A stretch of 64,000 nt of DNA from NCBI GenBank assembly GCA_937995875.1, contig CALKIW010000120.1, positions 8,781-72,780 of the forward strand. The letters run 5' to 3'. Within the stretch, counting starts at the first letter, position 1. The number at the start of each line of letters is the position of its first letter. Below the pieces are notes generated by a model. The model saw only the letters and a list, made by a program, of their open reading frames with translations, was not told the origin of the DNA and searched no databases. A program made the position numbers and the translations under genes. Positions 27,557 to 36,944 of the stretch are shown here, one piece after another. The DNA comes from an uncultured Bacteroidales bacterium. Its GTDB lineage: Bacteria; Bacteroidota; Bacteroidia; Bacteroidales; Bacteroidaceae.

Positions 27557-27970
27557 ATGATGGATCTCAACTACGACGACATTATCAATCTTCCCCATCA
27601 CGTTTCCAAGCGTCATCCGCAGATGCCTATGTATAAGCGGGCGGCCCAGTTTGCACCGTTTGCCGCGCTCACGGGACACGAGGCAGCTATTCGTGAGGCT
27701 GCAAGGACAACGCAGGAGTTTAGGGAGCCGGCTGCCGACCGACTGGAAATTCTCAACCGCAGGATGGCGGAGCTTAGGTCAAGGCTTGCGGAGCAGCCAC
27801 AGATCGTCGTGACCTATTTTCAGCCTGACAGTCGTAAGGCAGGCGGTCGGTATGTCAAGGTGACGGGACGGTTGCTGAAAATTCTTGAATACGAACAGTT
27901 GTTGGAGGTGGGCACATCGGAGGACAAACTGCGCATCCCTTTTCGATATGTGGTGGATTTGGAGGAGTAG
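27557..27970 (+). CDS. YolD-like protein (putative accessory subunit of the Y-family polymerase)
   Basis: A 137-aa protein with MPMYKRAAQFAPFAALTGHE and a C-terminal beta-rich part (VVTYF...GRYVKVTGRLLKI), typical of the YolD family. It lies 36 nt downstream of the polymerase. Confidence 0.65.
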   Translation: MMDLNYDDIINLPHHVSKRHPQMPMYKRAAQFAPFAALTGHEAAIREAARTTQEFREPAADRLEILNRRMAELRSRLAEQPQIVVTYFQPDSRKAGGRYVKVTGRLLKILEYEQLLEVGTSEDKLRIPFRYVVDLEE

Positions 27971-28159
27971 CCATGCGAGGCGCCAGATTTGGCAACGGCG
28001 GAGACTGTTGCAGAGTGGTCGTATGCGGGCAGGCAGAATATCATGATGTGTCAAGAAAACTTCACTATAAAACGGTGTGCATTTTTGTTTGTTCCAGCAC
28101 ATCAATTCCGGTTTTTTGTAAACAATTCTTTATTGGGAGAATGAGAAAACCAATGGGGA

Positions 28160-28425
28160 GTTGCGGTTGGGTTTCAACGGTGCTGCGATAAAGCCCTAAT
28201 GACCGTGCGACTAAGCCTTCACCGCGCAGCGATGAAGGCTCAACCGCACTGCCGTTACATAGTCAATCGCATGGGTTTGGGTCGCGGATAAATGTGGGAA
28301 AAGACGCGTTTATTTGTATTCCGTTGATAGTCAAGGGATTGGTAAAGTGCGCCAAATTTCGCGTATATTGCGCGTTCCTATTTTCGTTTTCAAATACGCG
28401 AATTTTAAGCGCCCTTTTGTCAGGT
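28160..28425 (+). repeat. Structured intergenic repeat element, copy C
   Basis: Has a REP-like module (ttgcggttgggtttcaacgg, aagccctaatgaccg, aagccttca...tgaaggct, caaccgcac). This is followed by gcgccaaatttcgcgtat...ttttcaaatacgcgaattttaagcgcccttttgtcagg. Confidence 0.7.
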
Positions 28426-28535
28426 TGTTTCAAAACTTTATGGGCGTTGCCCACAGGCGTCCGCCAGTGGGGAGAGCGCGCTGCGACCGAGCGCACAGGA
28501 TGTGCTCACGAACACAAAATATACAGCCGCGATGG

Positions 28536-29051
28536 TCAGGGAATGGCTTTGCTCGACAAGAGTTTGAGGTATTCGCTTTCAAAGTTTGGGGTAAACACGC
28601 CCTTCCCCATGTTGCGCAGGAGTTTGGGCTGGGACCAGAAACGTCCGCCGTCCAACTCGTGGCTGTTGGGTATCACGGGCCCGTCGTAGACGGTGGAGAA
28701 AACCCACACCAGTTCGCGCTCGCGCTTGCTGTCGAACACATAATGCATGAGGAATCGCGGCGTGTAGTCGGTCACGCCGAGTTCTTCGCTCACCTCGCGT
28801 CGCAGGGCCTGTTCCACGGTTTCGCCATAGTCCATGTGTCCACCGCAGGCCGTGTCCCATTTGCCCGGCTGAATGTCTTTCCATTCGGGTCGGCGCTGCA
28901 GGTAAAGCTCGCCTTTGCTGTTGAACAGATGGAGATGCACGACGGGGTGCAGCACGCGGCTGCCGTCGTGGGCTTTGCCGCGTGTGGTTTGTCCTAACAC
29001 GTTGCCGTCTGCATCGACTATGGGAAACAGTTCTTCGGAATCGTCGGTCAT
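28536..29051 (-). CDS. NUDIX hydrolase, isopentenyl-diphosphate isomerase (Idi type 1)-like
   Basis: LHPVVHLHLFNSKGELYLQRRPEWKDIQPGKWDTACGGHMDYGETVEQALRREVSEELGV parallels the Idi/NUDIX core. The start was set at MTDDSEE (29051), which overlaps the ispE stop as ATGA. Confidence 0.7.
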   Translation of the reverse strand: MTDDSEELFPIVDADGNVLGQTTRGKAHDGSRVLHPVVHLHLFNSKGELYLQRRPEWKDIQPGKWDTACGGHMDYGETVEQALRREVSEELGVTDYTPRFLMHYVFDSKRERELVWVFSTVYDGPVIPNSHELDGGRFWSQPKLLRNMGKGVFTPNFESEYLKLLSSKAIP

Positions 29052-29890
29052 TGGAGCTTTCCGCAAAAAGTGTAACAATCGCTGAACGTTTCTGCCAACT
29101 GTTGAGGCGCGCTTCTGAAAATGCCGAAGACGGCGCTGCCGCTGCCGCTCATCTGTGCATATACGGCACCGAGCTCGTAGAGGCGGCGCTTGATGTCGGC
29201 CAGCTGCGGATGGGCTTCGAAAACAGGAAGCTCAAAGTCGTTTTTCAGTTCGTTTTTCCATGTTTCTATGGGCTGCCTCACGATGTCACGACAGTTCTTC
29301 TCAGGCTTGCGACACGCGATGCGGGCATAGGCTTCGCGGGTGGAGACGGCAATGTCGGGCTTCACCACACCTATATGATAATCGCGAAGATTTCCTTGTG
29401 GGCCGTCAGCCGGCTCTAAAATTTCGCCCCGTCCCGTTGCATACGCCGGCTCGGCGGTGATGAAGAACGGACAGTCGGAGCCGAGACGGGCAGCATATCG
29501 CTCCATCTCGGCAATGCCGATGTTGAGCCGGAAACGCTCATCGAGCAGACGAATCATGAAGGCACCGTCGGCCGAGCCGCCTCCCAATCCCGCCTGTGAG
29601 GGAATTCGTTTCACCAGATGGGTATGGATGCGGGGCAGGGCAAAATCGCGGGCCAGCAGATGATAGGCCTTGACCACGAGATTGTCTTGCTCGTCACAGT
29701 CTACGGCATTACCCGTTACTTTGAGGTCGCATGGCGTTTCGGAAGGAAAGTCAGCGTCCATGAGTTTGATTTCAAGCGCATCGGTCAGCGGTATGGGATA
29801 AAACACGGTTTCGAGATTGTGATACCCGTCTTCGCGCTTGGAAATGATGTTGAGTCCCAAGTTTATTTTAGCACAGGGAAATATGAGCAT
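29048..29890 (-). CDS. ispE: 4-diphosphocytidyl-2-C-methyl-D-erythritol kinase
   Basis: AKINLGLNI at the N-terminus, the GHMP kinase motif PSQAGLGGGSADGA, and SGSGSAVFG. Confidence 0.9.
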   Translation of the reverse strand: MLIFPCAKINLGLNIISKREDGYHNLETVFYPIPLTDALEIKLMDADFPSETPCDLKVTGNAVDCDEQDNLVVKAYHLLARDFALPRIHTHLVKRIPSQAGLGGGSADGAFMIRLLDERFRLNIGIAEMERYAARLGSDCPFFITAEPAYATGRGEILEPADGPQGNLRDYHIGVVKPDIAVSTREAYARIACRKPEKNCRDIVRQPIETWKNELKNDFELPVFEAHPQLADIKRRLYELGAVYAQMSGSGSAVFGIFRSAPQQLAETFSDCYTFCGKLQ

Positions 29891-29912
29891 AGCATAGATG
29901 TATTAGTTATTG

Positions 29913-29920
29913 CAAATGTA
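29913..29920 (-). promoter_or_regulatory. -7 promoter motif (TACATTTG) upstream of ispE
   Basis: Plus-strand caaatgta lies 23 nt upstream of ATG 29890. Confidence 0.4.
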
Positions 29921-29993
29921 ATGAAAAATTAGGTACTTTGGCGCGATAATCAGTTTTTTTTGACGATTAAAGCCAACATTGAAGTATTTTTAG

Positions 29994-30001
29994 TAAATTT
30001 G
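29994..30001 (+). promoter_or_regulatory. -7 promoter motif (TAAATTTG) upstream of dnaB
   Basis: taaatttg lies 15 nt upstream of ATG 30016. Confidence 0.4.
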
Positions 30002-30015
30002 CGGTTACAACCATA

Positions 30016-31533
30016 ATGATTATGTCGGAAACCAAAAAAACAAATTATAAGGGCAGTGCGCGCAACAAGACCTCTGCTCCCATAGACCCCACATACGCCC
30101 ACATGCAGCCTCAGGCGGTGGATGTGGAAAAAGTGGTGCTGGGTGCCTTGATGATAGACAAGGACGCATTCTCGGTGATTGCTGAGATTATCCGTCCCGA
30201 AACGTTCTATGAGCCCAGCCATCAGAAGATATATACTGCCATTCAGACACTGAATATCAACGAGAGTCCGGTGGACATCATGACAGTGACCAACGAACTG
30301 CAGAAGGAGGGAACGCTCGACGATGTGGGCGGTGCTCCTTATGTGGTAGACCTTGCATCGCAGGTGGCCTCGTCGGCACATATTGAATATCATGCCAAGA
30401 TATTGCAGCAAAAGTATCTTGCCCGCCAGCTCATCTCGTTTGCCAGTGTTATCGAGACTAAGGCTTTTGACGCTACGGTGGACGTAGATGAACTGATGCA
30501 GGAAGCCGAAGGCAACCTTTTCGAACTGTCGCAGAAGAATATGCGGCAGGAGTACACGCAGATCGACCCGGTGATTCGGCAGGCGGTGGACATTCTCCAG
30601 AAAGCGTCGGCCAATTCCGACGGACTGACGGGCATTCCTTCCGGCTTCACCAAGTTGGACGACATGACCTCCGGATGGCAGAAGAGTGACCTGATCATCA
30701 TTGCCGGACGCCCTGCGATGGGTAAGACTTCGTTTGCCCTTTCCATCGCCAAAAACATTGCTGTGGACTATCATGAACCTATCGCGTTCTTCTCGTTGGA
30801 GATGAACAATGTGCAGCTGGTCAATCGGTTGATTTCGAATGTGTGCGAGATAGAGGGCAAGAAGATTATGAACGGACAACTTGCACGCGACGAATGGGAA
30901 CGGCTGGACAAGAACTTGGCCAAACTGACCGGAGCACCTATTTATATAGACGACACGCCGGGAATGTCTATCTTTGAGCTTCGCACTAAGGCCCGACGCC
31001 TCGTCAGAGAAAAGGGTGTGAAGGCAATCATGATTGACTATTTGCAGCTGATGAACGCTACCGGTATGCGTTTCGGCAACCGTCAGGAGGAGGTTTCGAC
31101 CATATCGCGCTCGCTGAAGGGCTTGGCGAAAGAGTTGGATATTCCTATTCTGGCCCTGTCACAGCTGAATCGTACGGTGGAAAACCGTGAGGGGCTGGAG
31201 GGAAAGCGCCCGCAGCTGAGCGACCTCCGCGAGTCGGGAGCCATCGAGCAGGATGCCGACATGGTGATGTTTGTTCATCGTCCGGAATACTATCATCTGT
31301 TGGAGGATGAGAAGGGTAACGACCTCAGAGGCAAGGCACAGATTATCATTGCCAAGCATCGTAAGGGTGCAACAGGCGATGTGTTGCTGTCTTTCCAAGG
31401 ACAGTACACGCGTTTTGCCAATCCGGAGGATGCCATGCTCTCTCCGTTGCCTTCTGCCCTTGGGGGAGGAGAGATTGTCGGCTCGCGCATGAATCAGGAT
31501 GATGATGATCCGTTCGGCGGTGTGCCATTCTAA
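30016..31533 (+). CDS. dnaB: Replicative DNA helicase
   Basis: An N-terminal DnaB domain (LGALMIDKDAF) and a RecA-like core (IIAGRPAMGKTSFAL, IMIDYLQLM, LSQLNR, LRESGAIEQDAD). Confidence 0.93.
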   Translation: MIMSETKKTNYKGSARNKTSAPIDPTYAHMQPQAVDVEKVVLGALMIDKDAFSVIAEIIRPETFYEPSHQKIYTAIQTLNINESPVDIMTVTNELQKEGTLDDVGGAPYVVDLASQVASSAHIEYHAKILQQKYLARQLISFASVIETKAFDATVDVDELMQEAEGNLFELSQKNMRQEYTQIDPVIRQAVDILQKASANSDGLTGIPSGFTKLDDMTSGWQKSDLIIIAGRPAMGKTSFALSIAKNIAVDYHEPIAFFSLEMNNVQLVNRLISNVCEIEGKKIMNGQLARDEWERLDKNLAKLTGAPIYIDDTPGMSIFELRTKARRLVREKGVKAIMIDYLQLMNATGMRFGNRQEEVSTISRSLKGLAKELDIPILALSQLNRTVENREGLEGKRPQLSDLRESGAIEQDADMVMFVHRPEYYHLLEDEKGNDLRGKAQIIIAKHRKGATGDVLLSFQGQYTRFANPEDAMLSPLPSALGGGEIVGSRMNQDDDDPFGGVPF

Positions 31534-31629
31534 AGCGCATTTTAAATAAATGTGAGCCAAATACTGTTGTTTTAAAAGAAAAGCAGATAAAAAAGTAATA
31601 AATTGTTTGCTGGTGTTGTGTAAATGTAT

Positions 31630-31637
31630 TATCTTTG
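31630..31637 (+). promoter_or_regulatory. -7 promoter motif (TATCTTTG) of the leu operon leader
   Basis: tatctttg lies 26 nt upstream of the leader-peptide ATG at 31663. Confidence 0.5.
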
Positions 31638-31662
31638 CACTCAAATTAATAAACAGAACAAG

Positions 31663-31749
31663 ATGTTTGCACTAAACAGCCTTATCATTTCCATTATTAT
31701 TCGACTGCATTCGGTGGTCGGGAGTGAGAAGGTATGTGCGCATAGCTAA
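31663..31749 (+). CDS. Candidate leu-operon leader peptide (28 aa, Ile/Leu-rich)
   Basis: The translation is MFALNSLIISIIIRLHSVVGSEKVCAHS*, with five Ile and three Leu clustered at codons 4-15. It sits between the promoter motif and an intrinsic terminator just upstream of leuA. Confidence 0.55.
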   Translation: MFALNSLIISIIIRLHSVVGSEKVCAHS

Positions 31750-31767
31750 CATAAAAATATAAAATAG

Positions 31768-31808
31768 AGCCTTTCCACTTCCGTCAGTGGGAAGGCTTTT
31801 TTGTTTTG
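31768..31808 (+). terminator. Intrinsic terminator in the leuA 5' leader (attenuator)
   Basis: agcctttccac / gtgggaaggct forms an 11-bp stem with one G-U pair and an 8-nt loop, followed by ttttttgtttt. It ends 20 nt before the leuA ATG. The upstream gtgagaagg (31724-31732) mimics the 3' arm and could act as an anti-terminator. Confidence 0.7.
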
Positions 31809-31827
31809 GTAGGATAAAATTTTGATT

Positions 31828-33330
31828 ATGAGTGAGAGAATCTACATTTTTGACACAACGCTCCGCGATGGCGAGCAGGTGCCCGGTTGCCAGCTGAACA
31901 CGGTAGAAAAAATTGAAGTGGCTAAACAGTTGGAGCTGCTTGGGGTAGACGTCATAGAGGCTGGTTTCCCCATTTCTTCGCCCGGCGATTTCAATTCTGT
32001 GGTTGAGATTTCGAAGGCCGTGACCTGGCCCACCATCTGCGCCTTGACGCGCGCAGTCGAGAAAGACATTGACGTGGCTGCTGAATCTCTGCAATACGCC
32101 AAGCACAAGCGCATACACACCGGTATCGGAACGAGCGATTGGCATATCAAATACAAGTTTGGCTCTACACGTGAGGAGATCATCGAGCGTGCCGTCAGAG
32201 CCGTGAAATATGCCAAGAAATATGTGGAAGATGTGGAGTTCTACGCTGAAGATGCCGGCCGTACGGACAATGAATATTTGGCTCAGGTTGTAGAGGCGGT
32301 GATTAAGGCCGGTGCTACGGTAGTCAATATACCCGACACCACGGGCTATTGCCTGCCTCATGAATACGCCGAAAAGATTAAATATCTGATGGAGCACGTG
32401 GACAACGTGGATAAAGCCATCCTTTCGACCCATTGCCACAACGATCTCGGCATGGCCACTGCCAACACGCTGAGCGGTGTGCTGGCAGGTGCCCGACAGG
32501 TGGAAGTAACCATTAACGGTATTGGCGAGCGTGCCGGCAACACTTCTTTGGAAGAGATTGCCATGACGTTGAAGTGTCACAAACATCTCAACATAGACAC
32601 TAATATCAACACCAACAAGATTTATCCGCTGTCGCGCATGGTGTCGTCGCTGATGAATATGCCCGTGCAGCCCAACAAGGCCATTGTGGGACGAAATGCG
32701 TTTGCACATTCCAGTGGCATCCATCAAGACGGAGTGTTGAAGAATGTACAGACTTACGAGATCATCAATCCGAAGGATATCGGGCTGGACAACAACGAAA
32801 TCGTATTGACGGCACGGTCGGGACGCGCCGCGCTGAAATACCGCTTGCAGATAAATGGCGTGGATGTGGATGATGAGAAGAAGCTCGATAACATTTATCA
32901 GGCATTCTTGAAGTTGGCCGACAAGAAAAAGGAAATCACCGATGACGACGTGTTGATGCTTGCCGGTGCAGACACCGCATCCAACCGTAGCGTTAAGCTC
33001 GACTATCTGCAAGTGACAACCGGAAAGGGCGTACGCAGTGTGGCGAGTATAGGACTTGACATCGCGGGACAGAAGTTTGAAGAATCATCAACGGGTAATG
33101 GTCCTGTAGACGCAGCCATAACCGCCCTGAAACGCATTGTGCGCAAGCAGATGACGCTGAAAGAATTTACCATTCAGGCCATTTCGAAAGGCTCCGACGA
33201 TGTGGGCAAGGTGCACATGCAGGTAGAGTATGACGGCAATATGTACTACGGTTTCGGTGCAAACACCGACATCGTGACGGCTTCGGTGGAGGCGTATATC
33301 GATTGTATCAATAAATTCAGAACTAAATAA
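31828..33330 (+). CDS. leuA: 2-isopropylmalate synthase
   Basis: [31 protein letters not shown] and a C-terminal LeuA dimerisation/regulatory domain. The ATG at 31828 is preferred over the TTG at 31822. Confidence 0.92.
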   Translation: MSERIYIFDTTLRDGEQVPGCQLNTVEKIEVAKQLELLGVDVIEAGFPISSPGDFNSVVEISKAVTWPTICALTRAVEKDIDVAAESLQYAKHKRIHTGIGTSDWHIKYKFGSTREEIIERAVRAVKYAKKYVEDVEFYAEDAGRTDNEYLAQVVEAVIKAGATVVNIPDTTGYCLPHEYAEKIKYLMEHVDNVDKAILSTHCHNDLGMATANTLSGVLAGARQVEVTINGIGERAGNTSLEEIAMTLKCHKHLNIDTNINTNKIYPLSRMVSSLMNMPVQPNKAIVGRNAFAHSSGIHQDGVLKNVQTYEIINPKDIGLDNNEIVLTARSGRAALKYRLQINGVDVDDEKKLDNIYQAFLKLADKKKEITDDDVLMLAGADTASNRSVKLDYLQVTTGKGVRSVASIGLDIAGQKFEESSTGNGPVDAAITALKRIVRKQMTLKEFTIQAISKGSDDVGKVHMQVEYDGNMYYGFGANTDIVTASVEAYIDCINKFRTK

Positions 33331-33347
33331 GCAGGCAAAAATAAATT

Positions 33348-34742
33348 ATGAACACACTATTTGACAAGATTTGGGACAGTCATGTGGTGCAGACCATTCA
33401 GGACGGCCCGACCCAATTGTATATAGACAGACTGTACGGTCATGAGGTAACGACACCGCAGGCATTCGACGGAATGAGGCAGAGGGGGCTGAAAGTGTTC
33501 CGCCCCAAGCAGATGTTTTTCATGCCCGACCACAACATTCAGACCCACGACCAGCATGAGCCGGTGGCGGATCCCATTGGACGCAAGCAGATAGACGTGC
33601 TTGGTAAGAACTGCGAGGAGTTTGGAGTGTCTGAATTCAAGATGAACACTAAGGAGAACGGCATCATCCATGTGGTGGGACCCGAAACGGCATTGTCGCT
33701 GCCGGGCATGACCATTGTGTGTGGTGACTCCCACACCTCCACGCACGGTGCGGTGGGTGCGGTGGCATTCGGCATCGGCACTTCGGAGGTGGAGATGGTG
33801 CTTGCGTCACAATGCATTCTCCAACAGAAGCCCAAATCAATGCGGATCAGCATCAACGGGAAGTTGCAGCCGGGTGTGACGGCTAAGGATGTTGCGCTTT
33901 ATCTGATGGCGAAACTCACCACTTCCGGGGCAACGGGATATTTTGTTGAATATGCCGGCGACGTTGTTCGCGACATGAGCATGGAAGGACGTCTTACGCT
34001 CTGTAACCTCTCGATAGAGATGGGAGCACGTGGCGGCTTCGTGGCACCTGACGAAACAACGTTCGAATATATCAAGGGGCGCAAGTATGCACCTAAGGGA
34101 GCGGACTGGGATAAGGCTTTGGCCTATTGGAAAACACTGTATTCCGGTGAAGACGCCGTGTTTGATAAGGAGCTTGTTTATGATGCGGCCGACATTGAGC
34201 CACGCGTTACTTATGGCACCAATCCGGGCATGGGCATTGGTATTCATGGTCATGTGCCGACTTTGGCAGAGGTAGACGAGAATGAGCAGGCATCGTTCTT
34301 GAAGAGCCTGAAATATATGGGTTTTGAGCCGGGTCAGCAGTTGCTGGGACACAAAATTGACTATGTTTTCCTCGGAGCCTGCACCAACGGACGCATCGAA
34401 GATTTCCGGGCGTTTGCCTCATTGGTCAAGGGACATCGTAAGGCGGACCATGTGGTGGCTTGGCTGGTGCCCGGCTCATGGGCTGTGGCAAAGCAGATAA
34501 CCGACGAGGGCATAGACAAGGTTTTGAAAGAAGCGGGTTTTGCCATTCGTCAGCCGGGCTGTTCGGCTTGTCTGGCCATGAACGACGACAAGGTGCCGGC
34601 GGGACTTTACTGCGTCTCGACATCCAACCGTAACTTTGAGGGACGTCAGGGACCGGGTTCGCGCACCATTCTTGCGAGTCCGTTGGTGGCCGCAGCCGCC
34701 GCCATTACAGGAAAAATTACCGATCCGAGAGAGTTCTTATAA
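33348..34742 (+). CDS. leuC: 3-isopropylmalate dehydratase large subunit
   Basis: Aconitase-family pattern with [25 protein letters not shown] and NRNFEGRQG. Confidence 0.93.
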   Translation: MNTLFDKIWDSHVVQTIQDGPTQLYIDRLYGHEVTTPQAFDGMRQRGLKVFRPKQMFFMPDHNIQTHDQHEPVADPIGRKQIDVLGKNCEEFGVSEFKMNTKENGIIHVVGPETALSLPGMTIVCGDSHTSTHGAVGAVAFGIGTSEVEMVLASQCILQQKPKSMRISINGKLQPGVTAKDVALYLMAKLTTSGATGYFVEYAGDVVRDMSMEGRLTLCNLSIEMGARGGFVAPDETTFEYIKGRKYAPKGADWDKALAYWKTLYSGEDAVFDKELVYDAADIEPRVTYGTNPGMGIGIHGHVPTLAEVDENEQASFLKSLKYMGFEPGQQLLGHKIDYVFLGACTNGRIEDFRAFASLVKGHRKADHVVAWLVPGSWAVAKQITDEGIDKVLKEAGFAIRQPGCSACLAMNDDKVPAGLYCVSTSNRNFEGRQGPGSRTILASPLVAAAAAITGKITDPREFL

Positions 34743-34786
34743 TACAGGCAGAACGAGCAATCTTTTAAGATTTAAAATTTAAAGAG

Positions 34787-35386
34787 ATGAAACAAAAATT
34801 CGATATTATCACTTCAAGCTGTATTCCACTTCCTTTGGAGAATGTGGATACTGACCAGATTATACCCGCCCGCTTTCTCAAAGCCACCGATAAGAGTGGC
34901 TTTGGCGATAACCTTTTCCGTGATTGGCGATATGAGAAGGACGGCACACCGAAGCCCGACTTTGTGCTCAACGATCCAAGCTATTCCGGCGTTATACTCG
35001 TGGCAGGCAAGAATTTCGGCTCCGGCTCAAGTCGTGAGCACGCTGCATGGGCTATCGCAGGCTATGGATTCCGCGTGGTTATCAGTTCGTTCTTCGCCGA
35101 TATTCACAAGAACAACGAACTCAACAACTTTGTGTTGCCGGTCGTGGTGAGCGAAGATTTCCTGCAGGAACTGTTCAAGACCATTGAGAAAGACCACAAA
35201 TCGGAAGTAAGAGTAGACCTCCCCAACCAGACAGTAACCAATCTTGCTACAGGTCGCAGCGAACATTTTGAAATCAACGGTTACAAGAAGCATTGTCTGA
35301 TGCATGGACTTGACGATGTGGACTTCCTCGTACAGAATCGTGACAAGGTGGAGGAATACGAAAAACAACGTGCTCATGGAATTTAA
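34787..35386 (+). CDS. leuD: 3-isopropylmalate dehydratase small subunit
   Basis: DTDQIIPARFLK and GKNFGSGSSREHAAWA, following the LeuD swivel-domain pattern. Confidence 0.92.
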   Translation: MKQKFDIITSSCIPLPLENVDTDQIIPARFLKATDKSGFGDNLFRDWRYEKDGTPKPDFVLNDPSYSGVILVAGKNFGSGSSREHAAWAIAGYGFRVVISSFFADIHKNNELNNFVLPVVVSEDFLQELFKTIEKDHKSEVRVDLPNQTVTNLATGRSEHFEINGYKKHCLMHGLDDVDFLVQNRDKVEEYEKQRAHGI

Positions 35387-35402
35387 ACGACTGGTAACAC
35401 CG

Positions 35403-36944
35403 ATGCCTTTCGTGGAAATTATGGATAGCACGCTACGTGATGGCGAGCAGACCAGTGGAGTGAGTTTTCTGCCCCACGAGAAACTGATGATAGCGCGGTT
35501 ACTCCTCGACAAGGTGAACGTAGACCGTTTGGAAGTGGCTTCTGCGCGTGTTTCGGAGGGAGAAAAGGATGCTGTAGCCAGGATCTGCAACTTTGCAGAG
35601 CGTGAGGGTTATCTTGACCGGATAGAGGTGTTGGGGTTTGTAGACCATCATCAATCTATCGATTGGATACGTGATTGTGGCGGAAAAGTCATCAATTTGT
35701 TGGCCAAAGGCTCGCAGAAGCATTGTCAGCAGCAGTTGCACAGAACTCCGCAACAGCATATAGAGGATATTTTAGAAGAAGTTGACTATGCTGAAAAGAT
35801 GGGGCTCAGCGTCAATTTATATCTGGAAGACTGGAGTTCAGGCATGAGAGATTCAGAGGAATATGTGTACCAGATGATGGAGGGACTGAAAGGAACGCCG
35901 ATTAAGCGTTTCATGTTGCCCGACACTTTGGGACACATGAACCCCATGCAGTGCTCGGAATATATACGCAAGATGGTTGGGTATTACCCTGACAAGCATT
36001 TCGATTTTCATGCGCACAACGACTACGATTTGGCTGTTTCCAACACGTTGGCGGCCGTGATGAGTGGTTGCAAGGCTGTACACGTCACTGTGAACGGGCT
36101 TGGAGAACGCTGCGGCAACGCGCCGTTGGCCAGCGTGCAGGCCATACTTCACGACCAATTACATGTCATGACCAATCTCAAAGAAGGCCAACTGAATATG
36201 ATAAGTAGGGTGGTGGAAGACCATAGCGGTATTGCAGTGGCCCCCAATCAGCCTATTGTGGGTGCAAACGTGTTTACCCAAGTGGCCGGAGTTCACGCTG
36301 ATGGCGACAACAAGGATAATCTGTATTGCAACGAGTTGATGCCGGAACGCTTTGGCCGCAAACGTGCCTACGCACTCGGCAAGAATTCGGGCAAGGCCAA
36401 TATTGAGAAAAATCTGGAGGAGTTGGGGATGGAACTCACCCCCGAACAGACTCGGAAAGTGACGCAGCGAATCACGGAACTTGGCGATCGCAAGGAGTTT
36501 GTGACTCAGGCCGACCTGCCTTTCATCGTGTCGGACGTGTTGAAACACAACACGCAGGACGACCGTGTGAAACTGCTGAGCTATATGGTTTCCACATCTT
36601 ATGGTTTAAAACCGATTGCGAGTATCAAGGTGGAAATAAACGGACAGGACTATATGGCGGAATCGACGGGAGACGGACAATATGACGCTTTTGTAAAGGC
36701 GCTGCGCAAAATCTATAAGGAGAATCTCAACCGCACATTCCCCCGACTGGCCAACTATACTGTTTCAATTCCTCCCGGCGGCCATACGGACGCCCTTGTC
36801 CAAACTGTTATTATATGGCATGAAGAATCGGGGCGCACCATCCGCACTCAAGGCCTGGATGCCGACCAGACGGAATCGGCCATCAAGGCTACGTTCAAGA
36901 TGCTGAACATCGTGGAGATGGAGGTGTCGGGAAGCGCCGGATAG
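35403..36944 (+). CDS. Second IPMS/citramalate synthase-family enzyme (CimA-like)
   Basis: MDSTLRDGEQTSGVSF, HAHNDYDLAVSNTLAA and a LeuA-type C-terminal regulatory domain. The start is at 35403 (MPFVEIMDS); an alternative ATG at 35376 would overlap leuD by 11 nt. Confidence 0.75.
   Translation: MPFVEIMDSTLRDGEQTSGVSFLPHEKLMIARLLLDKVNVDRLEVASARVSEGEKDAVARICNFAEREGYLDRIEVLGFVDHHQSIDWIRDCGGKVINLLAKGSQKHCQQQLHRTPQQHIEDILEEVDYAEKMGLSVNLYLEDWSSGMRDSEEYVYQMMEGLKGTPIKRFMLPDTLGHMNPMQCSEYIRKMVGYYPDKHFDFHAHNDYDLAVSNTLAAVMSGCKAVHVTVNGLGERCGNAPLASVQAILHDQLHVMTNLKEGQLNMISRVVEDHSGIAVAPNQPIVGANVFTQVAGVHADGDNKDNLYCNELMPERFGRKRAYALGKNSGKANIEKNLEELGMELTPEQTRKVTQRITELGDRKEFVTQADLPFIVSDVLKHNTQDDRVKLLSYMVSTSYGLKPIASIKVEINGQDYMAESTGDGQYDAFVKALRKIYKENLNRTFPRLANYTVSIPPGGHTDALVQTVIIWHEESGRTIRTQGLDADQTESAIKATFKMLNIVEMEVSGSAG

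Noticed and set aside
28314-28997. A 227-aa plus-strand ORF, and small ORFs inside repeat copy C (28263..28496 -, 28294..28689 +).
   Set aside because: The long ORF is antisense to the NUDIX gene. The small ones lie within the repeat element, and their translations are not conserved in copies A, B or D, so the conservation is at the nucleotide level.
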